Positions 1-10,434 are shown, counted from the stretch's first letter. The stretch is DNA of 20,759 nt from an uncultured delta proteobacterium (GCA_963733195.1 CAVTCR010000051.1:1-20759), one strand, 5' to 3'. The notes: generated by a model not told the origin, from the sequence alone. Numbers and translations: made by a program.

Positions 1-1
1 T

Positions 2-274
2 AAAAACATGGAGTTACTCGGCGAGGCGATTTACTCTGAACACTTACTGCTCGCCTTGATTCGTAAAGGCATCTCACGTGAGGAAGCCTACCGCTGGGTC
101 CAACGCAACGCCATGCAAGTCTGGGAAAACGGTGCCACCTTTGCCGCTGAAGTACGTCGCGATCCAGATATCACAAAACTTTTAACCTCGGCAGAAATCG
201 ATCAGTTGTTTGATGCGCGTCACGCACTCAGACATACGGATACGATCATGCGCCGAGTGCTCACTAAACGATGA
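2..274 (+). CDS. purB: Adenylosuccinate lyase, C-terminal part (5' end outside window)
   Basis: Translation ...SEHLLLALIRKGISREEAYRWVQRNAM... matches the PurB C-terminal domain (SREEAY..VQ..AM); frame is open from base 2; lies directly upstream of purS-purQ-purL. Confidence 0.93.
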   Translation, partial: KNMELLGEAIYSEHLLLALIRKGISREEAYRWVQRNAMQVWENGATFAAEVRRDPDITKLLTSAEIDQLFDARHALRHTDTIMRRVLTKR

Positions 275-284
275 CGCACCTATC

Positions 285-530
285 ATGTTGGCACGAGTAT
301 ACGTTACACCAAAGAAAGCCATTCTCGATCCGCAGGGCAAAGCCATCGCGCATTCGTTGCACGCCCTCGACTATGCTGAGGTCGCCGATGTACGCATGGG
401 CAAATACTTAGAAGTTCGCCTGCAGGGATTGTCACGACCACAAGCCGAGCAGCGCATTGAAGAGATGTGTCGCCGGTTGTTAGCAAATCTGGTCATTGAA
501 GATTTCCGCTTTGAACTCGTTGAGGAGTAG
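285..530 (+). CDS. purS: Phosphoribosylformylglycinamidine synthase subunit PurS
   Basis: 81 aa from ATG 285: MLARVYVTPKKAILDPQGKAI...VRMGKYLE...LLANLVIEDF; DPQG and LLAN.VIE are PurS motifs. The ORF-track start at 210 overlaps purB and is unlikely. Confidence 0.95.
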   Translation: MLARVYVTPKKAILDPQGKAIAHSLHALDYAEVADVRMGKYLEVRLQGLSRPQAEQRIEEMCRRLLANLVIEDFRFELVEE

Positions 531-536
531 CACGCG

Positions 537-1220
537 GTGAAATGGGGAGTAGTCACATTTCCAGGCTCGAACGATGATCATGATGCCCTCTATTGCCTCG
601 AAACTGTTCTCGGCCAACAAGCAGTGAGCTTGTGGCATAAAGATCGCGACCTCAAAGGAGTCGAGGCGATCGTCCTCCCTGGCGGTTTCTCCTATGGCGA
701 TTACTTGCGGTGTGGCGCATTGGCAAGGTTCTCGCCAGTAATGCAAAGTGTGATCGACTTCGCCAACGCAGGCGGTTCAGTCCTTGGTATGTGCAATGGC
801 TTCCAGATTCTCTGTGAGTCTGGGCTGCTGCCTGGCGCACTTGTTCGTAACCGTTCCCTCTCCTTCGTCTGTGAGTGGACGCGGATTCGTGTGGAAACTA
901 CGCGTACCCGCTTTACCGCAGGTTGCACGGTCGGCGAAACCCTGCGCATTCCGATTAAGCATGGCGAGGGTTGTTATGTTGCCGATGAAACCACCCTCAA
1001 AGCATTGGAAGAGAACGGCCAGATTGTCTTTCGCTATGTCAACGAGGCGGGAGATATAACTGATGCCGTCAATCCGAATGGCACGCTTCACAACATTGCC
1101 GGTGTAACAAATGCAAAGGGAAACGTTGTGGGTCTCATGCCTCATCCTGAGCATGCCGTTGAGGCACTGCTCGGCAGTGAGGACGGACGCAAGCTTTTCC
1201 TTTCAGTTCTCACTCGCTAA
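537..1220 (+). CDS. purQ: FGAM synthase glutaminase subunit PurQ
   Basis: GTG start after GAGGAG; motifs FPGSN, PGGFSYGDYLR, GMCNGFQIL (catalytic Cys), GLMPHPE (His-Glu). Confidence 0.97.
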   Translation: MKWGVVTFPGSNDDHDALYCLETVLGQQAVSLWHKDRDLKGVEAIVLPGGFSYGDYLRCGALARFSPVMQSVIDFANAGGSVLGMCNGFQILCESGLLPGALVRNRSLSFVCEWTRIRVETTRTRFTAGCTVGETLRIPIKHGEGCYVADETTLKALEENGQIVFRYVNEAGDITDAVNPNGTLHNIAGVTNAKGNVVGLMPHPEHAVEALLGSEDGRKLFLSVLTR

Positions 1221-1229
1221 GACGCACTC

Positions 1230-3452
1230 ATGCAAAAAACGCCTACGGTTACGCTCCAACTTGCACTCGACCACGGTCTCACTGCGGATGAATACCAGCG
1301 CATCTTGAAGCACTTGGGCCGCACACCGACGTTTGAAGAACTCGGGGTGTTTTCTGTGATGTGGTCAGAGCATTGCAGCTACAAAAGCTCGCGCCGTTTC
1401 CTGCGTCAACTTCCAACGACTGGTCCGGAAATTCTCCAAGGCCCAGGCGAAAATGCTGGTATCGTCGATGTCGGTGACGGTCTCGCAGTAGTCTTCAAGA
1501 TTGAGAGCCATAATCATCCGTCGTTTATCGAGCCCTATCATGGCGCAGCAACTGGTGTGGGTGGCATTCTGCGTGATGTGTTCACTATGGGAGCGCGCCC
1601 GATTGCGTCGCTGAACTCTCTTCGTTTTGGCGCTGTTGATCATCCGCGCACGCCCCATCTTATCAAAGGCGTGGTCGCTGGCATCGGGGGATATGGGAAT
1701 TGCGTCGGGTGTCCTACCGTCGGCGGCGAAGTCTATTTCGACTCGGGGTATAACGGCAACATTCTGGTTAATGCGTTTACGCTAGGCACGGTTCGTACTG
1801 ACCGTATCTTCCGTGCCCGCGCTGCCGGTGTTGGTAACCCTGTGATTTATGTCGGATCACGTACAGGTCGTGACGGAATTCATGGTGCAAGCCTTTTGGC
1901 TTCACGCGAGTTCGATGCCAAATCCGAAGAGCTGCGCCCTGCCGTGCAAGTGGGCGACCCGTTCACCGAGAAACTGTTGATCGAAGCATGCTTGGAACTC
2001 ATGCAACGTGATCTGATTGTTGCTATTCAAGATATGGGCGCTGCCGGACTCACGAGTTCCTCAGTTGAGATGGCAGGTCGTGGAGGCATGGGAATTCTTC
2101 TCAACTTGGACAGCATCCCAACCCGAGAAGCAAACATCATTCCCTACGAACTCCTCCTTTCGGAATCGCAAGAGCGTATGTTGATCGTTGCTAAAGCCGG
2201 TCATGAAGAGGACGTGAAAGCGATTTTTGCACGTTGGGACCTGCAAGCTGAAGTAGTCGGACAGGTGACTGACGACGGCCTCTTCCGCACGCAGTGGCAC
2301 GGCGAAGAAGTGGTGCGTATTCCGGTTTCGGCCTTGACCGACGATGCTCCAGCCTATGAACGTCCAACTGCCCCACCCGCAAACTTGGCAGAACGGCAAC
2401 AGCTTGACATAACCACCCTACCGTTACCATCCGATTATGGACAAGTGTTGCTACGCTTGCTGTCCTCGCCGAACCTCGCTAGCAAAGAGTGGGTCTATCG
2501 TCAGTACGATTCGTTTGTCTGTGGGAACACTGTTGTTCAACCTGGCTCAGATGCAGCGGTTATCCGGTTGAAAGGCACCACCAAAGGTATTGCTATCAGT
2601 GTTGACTGTAACAGTCGGTATTGCCTATTAGATCCCTATCGTGGCGGGCAGATTGCCGTTGCCGAAGGTGCACGCAATCTGGCGGTAAGTGGCGCTCGCC
2701 CAGTCGCGCTTTCTGATTGCCTCAATTTCGGCAATCCAGAGAAACCCGAAGTGATGTGGCAGTTTCAGCAAGCCATTGCTGGCATGCGCGAGGCGTGTCT
2801 CGCCTTAGGCATCGCCGTTGTGAGTGGCAACGTTAGCTTCTACAACGAGACCGAAGGCAAAGCGATTCCACCTACCCCGACCATCGCAACGGTCGGTATT
2901 CTCCAAGATGTCACGCAGCATATGACGCAGTGGTTCAAACAATCGGGTGATCTCATTATCCTCTTAGGAGAAACGCAGAACGAACTCGGCGCGAGCGAAT
3001 ATCTTGCCACCATTCACGGCATGACAGCAGGCATGCCGCCACGGTTAGATCTTGATCGTGAAAAGCGGTTACAGCAGCTTTGCCTCCAGGCTGCACAGGC
3101 ACGTCTCTTCTCTTCTGCGCATGATGTCGCTGAAGGTGGCGTCGCGGTCGCACTGGCTGAAGCGTGTATCACCCGCCCTGACGGACCCCTGGGCGCACGG
3201 GTCACACTACCAGGGAATCTTCGGCCTGATGTCACGTTATTTGGCGAGAGTCAGTCGCGAGTGATTGTATCCCTCTCTCCCGACAAACTTTTACGATTGC
3301 AGCAACTGGCGGATGCCCAACAAGTGTCGTACACTACTTTGGGTGAAGTTGGTGGAACTGACCTCGTGATCACGAATTATTTACAGCTACCAACAAGCAC
3401 CTTACAGCAGGGATGGCGCACTGCGTTAGCACGACAACTTTCTGGCTTATAG
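1230..3452 (+). CDS. purL: FGAM synthase synthetase subunit PurL (small type)
   Basis: 740 aa; [58 protein letters not shown] motifs. Confidence 0.98.
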   Translation: MQKTPTVTLQLALDHGLTADEYQRILKHLGRTPTFEELGVFSVMWSEHCSYKSSRRFLRQLPTTGPEILQGPGENAGIVDVGDGLAVVFKIESHNHPSFIEPYHGAATGVGGILRDVFTMGARPIASLNSLRFGAVDHPRTPHLIKGVVAGIGGYGNCVGCPTVGGEVYFDSGYNGNILVNAFTLGTVRTDRIFRARAAGVGNPVIYVGSRTGRDGIHGASLLASREFDAKSEELRPAVQVGDPFTEKLLIEACLELMQRDLIVAIQDMGAAGLTSSSVEMAGRGGMGILLNLDSIPTREANIIPYELLLSESQERMLIVAKAGHEEDVKAIFARWDLQAEVVGQVTDDGLFRTQWHGEEVVRIPVSALTDDAPAYERPTAPPANLAERQQLDITTLPLPSDYGQVLLRLLSSPNLASKEWVYRQYDSFVCGNTVVQPGSDAAVIRLKGTTKGIAISVDCNSRYCLLDPYRGGQIAVAEGARNLAVSGARPVALSDCLNFGNPEKPEVMWQFQQAIAGMREACLALGIAVVSGNVSFYNETEGKAIPPTPTIATVGILQDVTQHMTQWFKQSGDLIILLGETQNELGASEYLATIHGMTAGMPPRLDLDREKRLQQLCLQAAQARLFSSAHDVAEGGVAVALAEACITRPDGPLGARVTLPGNLRPDVTLFGESQSRVIVSLSPDKLLRLQQLADAQQVSYTTLGEVGGTDLVITNYLQLPTSTLQQGWRTALARQLSGL

Positions 3453-3455
3453 CTT

Positions 3456-3484
3456 CTGACTTCTGGCAAGGGCTATCATAAAAT
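3456..3484 (+). promoter_or_regulatory. Possible sigma70-type internal promoter for purF
   Basis: CTGACT (3456-3461), 17-nt spacer, TAAAAT (3479-3484) in the 89-bp purL-purF gap; motif match only. Confidence 0.3.
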
Positions 3485-3541
3485 GAACGCAGTACGAGCC
3501 ATAGGCCATTTGCCATAAAGCGAACGGAGAGAGCGAGCCTT

Positions 3542-4996
3542 ATGCCATACGAACAGGGAGACGACGAACGGTTCGACCGCTTTCACGAAGAATGCGGCGT
3601 GGTCGGCATTTACGGCCATCCTGAGGCGGCAAATCTTGCCTATCTCTCACTGTATGCCCTGCAACACCGCGGGCAGGAATCAGCAGGTATTGCATCGTCA
3701 AATGGACAGACATTGCTCGTACACCGCGGCATGGGGCTGGTAGCCGATATTTTTGACGAAAAAATTATTCGTCGCCTCGAAGGAACTAGCGCCATTGGTC
3801 ACAATCGCTACTCCACTACTGGCACTACATTACTGAAAAATAGCCAACCGCTCGTGGTCAAATATACGCACGGTTCGCTCGCAATCGCTCACAACGGGAA
3901 CTTAGTGAATGCCGAAGAATTGCGGACACGACTCGAAGCTCGTGGTTCGATCTTTCAGTCGGGAGTGGATACCGAAGTCATTCTTCACCTCATCGCGGCC
4001 TCACGAAGAGAGCGACTCGTCGATCGCATCGTCGAAGCCCTGTGGCAAGTACGTGGAGCGTACTCTCTTGTCTTTCTCTCTGAAGACGAAATGGTTGCCG
4101 TTCGTGATCCGTATGGGTTTCGTCCCTTAGTATTGGGCCGTCTGCACGAAGGCGGAAGAGACACCGCTGTCGTGACTTCAGAAACGTGTGCGTTAGATCT
4201 CATCGGTGCAGAATATGAGCGTGAGGTCGCTCCCGGAGAAGTGTTATTATTCACGCCGCAGGGCATGACTTCGCTTGCACCGTTTCCTCACGAACCGTTA
4301 TCACGCTGTGTGTTTGAACACATCTATTTTTCGCGACCAGACAGTCTCTTGTACGGACGCAGTGTCTATGAGACGCGCAAAGAATTCGGTCGTCAACTTG
4401 CGCGAGAAGCAGGAGTACCAGCCGATATTGTCATTCCGGTGCCAGACTCCGGTGTCCCGGCGGCGTTAGGATATGCGGAAGAAGCAAAACTTCCCTTTGA
4501 AATGGGGCTCATCCGTAACCATTATGTCGGTCGCACGTTCATTGAACCGTTGGAGTCAATTCGTCACTTCGGTGTCAAAGTGAAGCTCAATGCCCAACCC
4601 GAAGTGTTGCGTGGGAAACGCGTCGTCGTGGTTGATGATTCGATCGTCCGCGGAACAACCAGCCGCAAAATCGTCTCGATGATTCGGAGCGCAGGAGCAA
4701 CGGAAATCCACCTACGCATTAGTTCCCCGCCAACGATCGGCCCATGTTTCTACGGTGTCGATACACCAACTCGCCGCGAACTTATTGCCTCTTCTCATAC
4801 AGTCGAAGAAATTTGTCGCTACGTCACAGCGGATTCTCTAGCGTACCTGGATGAGGCAGCGATGTATGCTGCGCTGAAGGAAAAAGGAGAGGCTAGAGGA
4901 TTTTGCGACGCATGTTTCACAGGGCGTTACCCTGTCCCGCTCGGCGAGCGACCACGCGGCAGTCAGCTTCCATTGTTTCAGGAATTGGAGCGGTAG
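3542..4996 (+). CDS. purF: Amidophosphoribosyltransferase
   Basis: Short propeptide then EECGVVG (N-terminal nucleophile Cys), QHRGQE, HNRYST, PRPP motif [19 protein letters not shown] and CDACF cysteines typical of the 4Fe-4S type. Confidence 0.98.
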   Translation: MPYEQGDDERFDRFHEECGVVGIYGHPEAANLAYLSLYALQHRGQESAGIASSNGQTLLVHRGMGLVADIFDEKIIRRLEGTSAIGHNRYSTTGTTLLKNSQPLVVKYTHGSLAIAHNGNLVNAEELRTRLEARGSIFQSGVDTEVILHLIAASRRERLVDRIVEALWQVRGAYSLVFLSEDEMVAVRDPYGFRPLVLGRLHEGGRDTAVVTSETCALDLIGAEYEREVAPGEVLLFTPQGMTSLAPFPHEPLSRCVFEHIYFSRPDSLLYGRSVYETRKEFGRQLAREAGVPADIVIPVPDSGVPAALGYAEEAKLPFEMGLIRNHYVGRTFIEPLESIRHFGVKVKLNAQPEVLRGKRVVVVDDSIVRGTTSRKIVSMIRSAGATEIHLRISSPPTIGPCFYGVDTPTRRELIASSHTVEEICRYVTADSLAYLDEAAMYAALKEKGEARGFCDACFTGRYPVPLGERPRGSQLPLFQELER

Positions 4997-5011
4997 TTTC
5001 AATCAAGTAAG

Positions 5012-5036
5012 AAAACAGGGGTCTACCATCTGTTTT
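5012..5036. terminator. Candidate bidirectional terminator between convergent purF and nadB
   Basis: AAAACAG (5012-5018) / CTGTTTT (5030-5036) inverted repeat in the 43-bp gap; weak, AT-rich stem. Confidence 0.35.
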
Positions 5037-5039
5037 GAT

Positions 5040-6632
5040 TTAAGGTTGTTCGAGTTGCACGACCGTATCATGCCGCCAACTCGTATCATCAGTCTGGGGA
5101 TAATCAAGCGTACAATGCAATCCGCGACTCTCTCGCCGTAGACGTGCGCAACGGATGATCAATTCGGCAACTGTGGCCAAGTTGCGCAGTTCTAGGAGAT
5201 CCCCAGTGACAATGAAGTTCCAGTAGTAGTAGCGAATCTCCTCTTGAATGAGTTCGATGCGGTGCTGAGCACGAGCGAGACGGCGATCGCTACGCACGAT
5301 ACCAACATAGTTCCACATCAAGCGACGAATCTCTTCCCATGTGTGCGTGATCACAACCATCTCATCACTGTTAACCGCTTCTCCTGGGTTCCACACTGGG
5401 AACGTTGGGGCATTGCGCTGGTCGGCGCGTAGCAGAGTATCAGCGTGCAGGAATACACGATGAGCAAAAACGACAGCCTCAAGAAGAGAGTTTGATGCGA
5501 GCCGATTCGCTCCATGCAAACCGGTCATGGCCACCTCACCGGCAGCATAAAGACGAGAAATCGCAGTCGCACCATGCAGATCCGTTACTACGCCCCCGCA
5601 TAGATAGTGCGCGGCGGGAACCACCGGAATCGGCTCTTTGGTCAGATCAATGCCAAATTCTAAGCACCGTTGTGAAATCGAGGGAAACCGTTTGCGTAAA
5701 AAGTCGGCTTCCCGGTGACTGATATCAAGCAGCACGTTCGTAAAACCGTGCGTCTTCATTTCCTGGTCAATCGCACGAGCCACAATGTCACGTGGTGCGA
5801 GTTCTGCGCTGGGATGATACTTCTTCATAAATGGAGCGCCGTCAGGCTGGCGGAGGATTGCCCCTTCCCCACGTAATGCTTCCGAAATTAAAAATGACTT
5901 TGCTCGTGGATGAAACAAACAAGTCGGATGAAATTGGAAAAATTCTAAATTGCCGACTGGCACCCCAGCGCGATACGCCATCGCTAATCCATCGCCGGTC
6001 GCGACATCAGGGTTACTCGTGTACAGATAGACTTTCCCAGCGCCACCGCTGCACAGCACCGTGATTTTCGCGGTCAAAGTTTTCACATCGTTAGTTTCGA
6101 GGTCGAGCACATACGCACCCCAGCATTCTTGCCTGCTCAATTCCTCGGTCGTGAGCAGATCAATAGCGAGATGTTTCTCATAGATGCGGATATTGGGTTG
6201 CTGTCGCACAGCAGCAATGAGTGCGCGAATAATTTCTTGCCCGGTTGCATCTGCAGCATGCAGAATGCGGCGATAGGAATGGCCACCTTCCAAGCCCAGG
6301 TCGTACTCTGCCTCTTCCCCTCCGGGTTTGCGAGAGAAATTGGTCCCTAGTGCGATCAACTCCCGGATACGGTCAGGGCCTTCTGTCACTACCGCCTCAA
6401 CAACATCGCGATGACAGAGTCCGGCTCCGGCGGTTAGCGTATCTTGGATGTGATCGGCGAAGGAATCCTCTTCACTCCAGACAGAAGCGATCCCACCTTG
6501 TGCATACGCAGAGTTACTCTCTGGCAAACGATCCTTGGTGACGATCGTGACGGAACCACGCATCGCCGCTTTCAGAGCCAGGCTGAGCCCCGCGAGTCCG
6601 CTGCCAATAATAAGAAAATCACTGTTACTCAT
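5040..6632 (-). CDS. nadB: L-aspartate oxidase
   Basis: 530 aa; FAD motif IIGSGLAGL, SAYAQGGIA, EGGHS.RRILHA.DATG, QFHPT, LISEALRGEG, ELAPRDIVARAI, HGANRLASNSLLE, ESRGLH. Confidence 0.97.
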   Translation of the reverse strand: MSNSDFLIIGSGLAGLSLALKAAMRGSVTIVTKDRLPESNSAYAQGGIASVWSEEDSFADHIQDTLTAGAGLCHRDVVEAVVTEGPDRIRELIALGTNFSRKPGGEEAEYDLGLEGGHSYRRILHAADATGQEIIRALIAAVRQQPNIRIYEKHLAIDLLTTEELSRQECWGAYVLDLETNDVKTLTAKITVLCSGGAGKVYLYTSNPDVATGDGLAMAYRAGVPVGNLEFFQFHPTCLFHPRAKSFLISEALRGEGAILRQPDGAPFMKKYHPSAELAPRDIVARAIDQEMKTHGFTNVLLDISHREADFLRKRFPSISQRCLEFGIDLTKEPIPVVPAAHYLCGGVVTDLHGATAISRLYAAGEVAMTGLHGANRLASNSLLEAVVFAHRVFLHADTLLRADQRNAPTFPVWNPGEAVNSDEMVVITHTWEEIRRLMWNYVGIVRSDRRLARAQHRIELIQEEIRYYYWNFIVTGDLLELRNLATVAELIIRCARLRRESRGLHCTLDYPQTDDTSWRHDTVVQLEQP

Positions 6633-6736
6633 AACTTCGCTTCATGATAGGCATAGCTGGCATGTCAGAGGGGTCAGAGTCAAGGACGGAGAGGGATTTG
6701 ACCAAACAGGAAAAAATCGTTTATCCTAAAGTTCTC

Positions 6737-7630
6737 ATGTGGAGACATATAGAGAAAGGGGTCGCAAGCCTATTCGGAGTGCTGATAGCTATCGGAACTC
6801 CCATCGTAGGAAGCGATGTCGCTACAGCAGAAATCCGCGTGTATCGCGATAGCAAAGGGGTGTTGTATATCACCAATAAATCCGCACGACCGGTAAAAAA
6901 CGCTGGAACGGCCAAACCGCGCTACAAATGGGGCGCCGATTCGACACGCGGCTCGCGTACAAAGGGCATAGCTCATAAGCAAGACCTGCTTACCAACAAC
7001 TCGCCGGCGTTTGGAGGGCGGATCATCGATGTCCGGAAAGACCTTTCAGACCGCTGGGGAACGAAGCAGTACGTCCACGATTCTCGTACCACTGCACCGA
7101 TTCACGTTTACCGTAATAAACAGGGGTCACTCCAATTTACGAACATTCCCAATCAACCTGGCTATCGTCCATTCTTATTCCTTCAGCCATATATGCGCGG
7201 CATGTCGAGCAAAGAAAGTGCGGACTTTGATCGACTGATTCGTAAGGCATGTATACGCTATGGAGTTGAATTTGAACTGGTCAAGGCTGTTATCAAGGCA
7301 GAATCGGCGTTTAATCCCTGGGCAATTTCTCGCGCCGGAGCACGTGGCTTGATGCAGCTGATGCCCGAGACTGCCGCCGACCACGGGGTTGCCGATATTC
7401 ACTCACCACGTCAGAACATTGAAGGTGGAGTTCGCCACTTACGCCTCCTTTTGGCACGGTTTGAGGGGAACGTCACGTTAGCACTGGCTGCCTATAATGC
7501 CGGCGCCGGTGCGGTAGATAAATACAATGGCATTCCACCGTATCAAGAAACCCAACAATATGTTCGCAAGGTACTCCGTTTTCGTGAGTCGTATCGCGAA
7601 CGAAGCGTCCTCGTGCGCCCACCGGCGTAA
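6737..7630 (+). CDS. Soluble lytic transglycosylase (SLT domain) with signal-like N terminus and two DUF4124-like segments
   Basis: C-terminal VKAVIKAESAFNP, GARGLMQLMP, ALAAYNAG, PPYQETQQYV. ATG 6737 is followed by a hydrophobic stretch ending ATA-E and leaves room for divergent promoters; the ORF track start is 6644, so the start is uncertain. Confidence 0.88.
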   Translation: MWRHIEKGVASLFGVLIAIGTPIVGSDVATAEIRVYRDSKGVLYITNKSARPVKNAGTAKPRYKWGADSTRGSRTKGIAHKQDLLTNNSPAFGGRIIDVRKDLSDRWGTKQYVHDSRTTAPIHVYRNKQGSLQFTNIPNQPGYRPFLFLQPYMRGMSSKESADFDRLIRKACIRYGVEFELVKAVIKAESAFNPWAISRAGARGLMQLMPETAADHGVADIHSPRQNIEGGVRHLRLLLARFEGNVTLALAAYNAGAGAVDKYNGIPPYQETQQYVRKVLRFRESYRERSVLVRPPA

Positions 7631-7662
7631 CCGAGAACCGCGCGCACCTCAGGACTCCACTG

Positions 7663-8271
7663 GTGGCGACCCTGCCTAACCTGTTGAGTTTATTTCGGAT
7701 CGCGTTGATTCCGATCCTTGTCTATTTTTTGACTGACCCAGGCAAACAATCCGGCATCTTCGCGGCCATCACCTTCTTTATCGCGAGCCTCACGGACTTC
7801 TTCGACGGGTACTTAGCCCGACGCCAAGGGTCGACCACAACCCTTGGTAAGTTTCTTGATCCTCTTGCCGATAAGCTGCTTGTTACCGCGGCACTCATCA
7901 TGTTGGCTGCCATTGACCGTACGCCCCGAGTACCAGCCACACTAGTTGTTCTGCTCGTCGCAAGAGAGTTCGCGGTCACCGGCCTCCGCGCCATCGCTTC
8001 TGGTGAGGGGCTCATTCTAGCGGCAGAAGAATTAGGAAAGTATAAAATGCTTTCTCAGATATTTGCGGTACACGGATTACTACTTCACTATCAATATGGC
8101 TTCATCGACTTCTATATTTTTGGCATGTATTTTTTATGGATCGCGTTAGTTCTCAGCCTCTGGTCAGGGATAGATTATCATCTCAAAGTTTTCCACCAAG
8201 TGAGGGCTAAGCATTCCCTTCCCACCTCCTCTGTTGTCCCCCCTCCCAATCAGGCAGAAGTACGCGGATAG
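7663..8271 (+). CDS. pgsA: CDP-diacylglycerol--glycerol-3-phosphate 3-phosphatidyltransferase
   Basis: LPNLLSLFRI start and CDP-alcohol phosphatidyltransferase motif TDFFDGYLARR...GKFLDPLADK; REFAVTGLR, GKYKM. Confidence 0.95.
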   Translation: MATLPNLLSLFRIALIPILVYFLTDPGKQSGIFAAITFFIASLTDFFDGYLARRQGSTTTLGKFLDPLADKLLVTAALIMLAAIDRTPRVPATLVVLLVAREFAVTGLRAIASGEGLILAAEELGKYKMLSQIFAVHGLLLHYQYGFIDFYIFGMYFLWIALVLSLWSGIDYHLKVFHQVRAKHSLPTSSVVPPPNQAEVRG

Positions 8272-8301
8272 TCGGTGTCGTTACTCACGAAGGAGCGCAA
8301 C

Positions 8302-9309
8302 ATGCATGTTCTTGTCACCGGAGCCGCAGGTTTTATCGGTTTTTACGTCACCCAGCGCCTTCTAGCACGCGGGGATACTGTGGTGGGAATAGACAACCTT
8401 AACGCCTACTACGACGTTCGTCTGAAACACGATCGCCTCGCCCGACTACAAGAGCACCCGAGTTTTCACTTTCAACAACTAGATTTAGCCGATCACCCAA
8501 GCATGGCCACTCTCTTCTCCAGCCACCGCCCAGAACGTGTCGTGCATCTCGCTGCCCAAGCCGGAGTACGGTACTCACTGACCAACCCTCATTCCTATGT
8601 CGAAAGTAATCTCGTCGGCTTCATAAACATTCTCGAAGGATGTCGCCATAACCAAGTCCAGCACCTCGTGTACGCATCCAGCAGTTCGGTTTACGGAGCG
8701 AATACAAAGATGCCCTTTTCCGTGCATGATAACGTTGACCATCCAGTGTCGTTGTATGCGGCCTCGAAGAAGGCCAATGAGTTAATGGCCCATACGTACA
8801 GTCACCTCTACCAGTTGCCGACGACCGGCCTGCGGTTCTTCACCGTCTACGGTCCGTGGGGGCGACCAGACATGGCGTTGTTTCTTTTCACCAAGGCGAT
8901 TTTGAACGGTCAACCGATTGAGGTCTTCAATCAGGGCAAGATGCGACGGGACTTTACGTATATTGATGACATCGTCGAGGGTGTTGTACGGGTGACCGAT
9001 ACCATCCCGAAATCCAACCCAGCGTGGTCTAGTATGAGACCTGATCCCGGCACCAGCAAGGCACCGTATCGGATCTACAACATCGGCAATAACCAGCCGG
9101 TTGAGCTACTAGAATTCATTCGCGTATTAGAAAACTGCCTCGAACGAAAAGCGGAAAAACGCCTGCTGCCCATGCAGCCGGGGGACGTACCAGAAACCTA
9201 TGCTGATGTGGACGATTTAATGCGCGACGTTGGCTTCCGACCGGCAACTCCGATCACCGTAGGCATTGCCCGCTTTGTTGAGTGGTATCGGTCCTATTAC
9301 AAAGTGTGA
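8302..9309 (+). CDS. NAD-dependent epimerase, UDP-glucuronate 4-epimerase-like (CapI/LpsL type)
   Basis: ATG 8302 follows AAGGAG (8290-8295); [55 protein letters not shown]. Confidence 0.93.
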   Translation: MHVLVTGAAGFIGFYVTQRLLARGDTVVGIDNLNAYYDVRLKHDRLARLQEHPSFHFQQLDLADHPSMATLFSSHRPERVVHLAAQAGVRYSLTNPHSYVESNLVGFINILEGCRHNQVQHLVYASSSSVYGANTKMPFSVHDNVDHPVSLYAASKKANELMAHTYSHLYQLPTTGLRFFTVYGPWGRPDMALFLFTKAILNGQPIEVFNQGKMRRDFTYIDDIVEGVVRVTDTIPKSNPAWSSMRPDPGTSKAPYRIYNIGNNQPVELLEFIRVLENCLERKAEKRLLPMQPGDVPETYADVDDLMRDVGFRPATPITVGIARFVEWYRSYYKV

Positions 9310-9490
9310 CATAGAGAGTTGCGAGTTTCTGATTTCGCATTTCTAAAACTCACCTCTACCTCCTGAACAGAGAGCAGGCTAGGATACGGGCGAGAGCGTT
9401 CGCTACACGCTGTATGTGGACAGAGGAGAAGTTTGTGGCTACGGTCTACTTACAGCGGTTGATATTTGTCTGAAGAGATCATTCTTGGAT

Positions 9491-9555
9491 TCTCTCTCCC
9501 CATGAGGGAGAGAGACAGAGTGAGGGGGAAGAAGAGAAAGGTTCTCTTCTTCCCC
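9491..9555. repeat. Two adjacent perfect hairpins (REP-like, possible terminator)
   Basis: TCTCTCTCCC (9491-9500) / GGGAGAGAGA (9506-9515), 10-bp stem; GGGGAAGAAGAGAA (9525-9538) / TTCTCTTCTTCCCC (9542-9555), 14-bp stem with 3-nt loop. Confidence 0.7.
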
Positions 9556-9654
9556 ACATAAAAAGTAGAGTAACACGTGCGACACATCCCAGAGTGTAGC
9601 TATGAAGGGAAACTATTGAGTTACGGTTAACGGTTACCGGTCACGAGAGAAGCG

Positions 9655-9882
9655 ATGAGAACAATAGAAACGACAGCAATAGTAACGCACGACGGCAAAA
9701 TGACTATACCCTACCCTCGGATATTCCACCAGGAGAGCATCAGGTCGTCATGGTCATTGAGGAGCAAGCTTCCGCAAAAGGTGATCGCCCACCTTTGGAC
9801 TTACCTGTCCGAGATTATGGCCCGTGGCCTGAAGAATCTCTCCCTCAGCCGTGAGGATATGTATGATGAATGGGGACGCTAA
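9655..9882 (+). CDS. Small putative antitoxin upstream of PIN toxin; middle part apparently out of frame through two compensating indels
   Basis: 75 codons overlapping the PIN gene start. The -1 frame from about 9711 to 9833 reads LPSDIPPGEHQVVMVIEEQASAKGDRPPLDLPVRDYGPWPE, which joins plausibly to MRTIETTAIVTHDGKMTI and NLSLSREDMYDEWGR. Antitoxin role is inferred from size, position and the REDMY-type tail. Confidence 0.7.
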   Translation: MRTIETTAIVTHDGKMTIPYPRIFHQESIRSSWSLRSKLPQKVIAHLWTYLSEIMARGLKNLSLSREDMYDEWGR

Positions 9883-10408
9883 GAAAATCTTTCTGGACAC
9901 GAATGTACTTGTGTTTTCCAAGGCGGTTCGGGCTCCCCTCCATGAAATTGCCCGGCAAGCGATCGAGGAACAATATGCTGCTGGAGCGGAGGTATGGGTC
10001 AGCCGGCAGGTGTTGCGAGAATATCTGGCTACTCTCAGTCGTCCGCAAACTTTCAGCAATCCGCAGCCTCCAGATATTCTGGTCGCGGATGTTCGTTACT
10101 TTAAAAGTCATTTCTTTATTGCTGAGGATACCTCTCAGGTAACAGAACGGCTTCTCGATCTGATTCAGCGAGTTCCTATCGGTGGCAAACAAATCCACGA
10201 TGCCAACATCGTGGCGACAATGCTCACCTACGACATTCCCACCTTGCTCACCAACAACACCGACGACTTCAAGCGTTTCTCCCACCTCATCACCGTGCTG
10301 CCGTTGGACGCTGTTTTCTCGTCATCCTCTGAGGAATCCAGTTTCTGCTTCTCCAAGATCTCTTCGCGGAGTTTATCCTGCCTGCGCCAGTGCCGCAGGC
10401 ACAGGTGA
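9863..10408 (+). CDS. PIN-domain (VapC-like) ribonuclease toxin
   Basis: IFLDTNVLV, QVLREY, IHDANIVATML, LLTNNTDDF carry the conserved acidic PIN residues; ATG at 9863 or 9866 after GAGGA. The last ~30 codons run through a REP-like region. Confidence 0.9.
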   Translation: MMNGDAKKIFLDTNVLVFSKAVRAPLHEIARQAIEEQYAAGAEVWVSRQVLREYLATLSRPQTFSNPQPPDILVADVRYFKSHFFIAEDTSQVTERLLDLIQRVPIGGKQIHDANIVATMLTYDIPTLLTNNTDDFKRFSHLITVLPLDAVFSSSSEESSFCFSKISSRSLSCLRQCRRHR

Positions 10409-10434
10409 GCGGAGTCGAAGGACTGCTCAGAAAC
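10321..10434. repeat. Nested REP-like palindromic element
   Basis: Outer GTTTCTG (10341-10347) / CAGAAAC (10428-10434); inner hairpin TGCCTGCG (10379-10386) / CGCAGGCA (10394-10401) interrupting GAGTTTATCC|TGAGCGGAGTCGAAGGAC. Confidence 0.55.

Noticed and set aside
275-284. Absence of purC between purB and purS
   Set aside because: Purine gene order varies widely; purC is probably elsewhere in the genome.
9622-9642. Short imperfect direct repeats TACGGTT-AACGGTT-ACCGGTC before the antitoxin
   Set aside because: Could be an autoregulatory site but is too short and degenerate to support.
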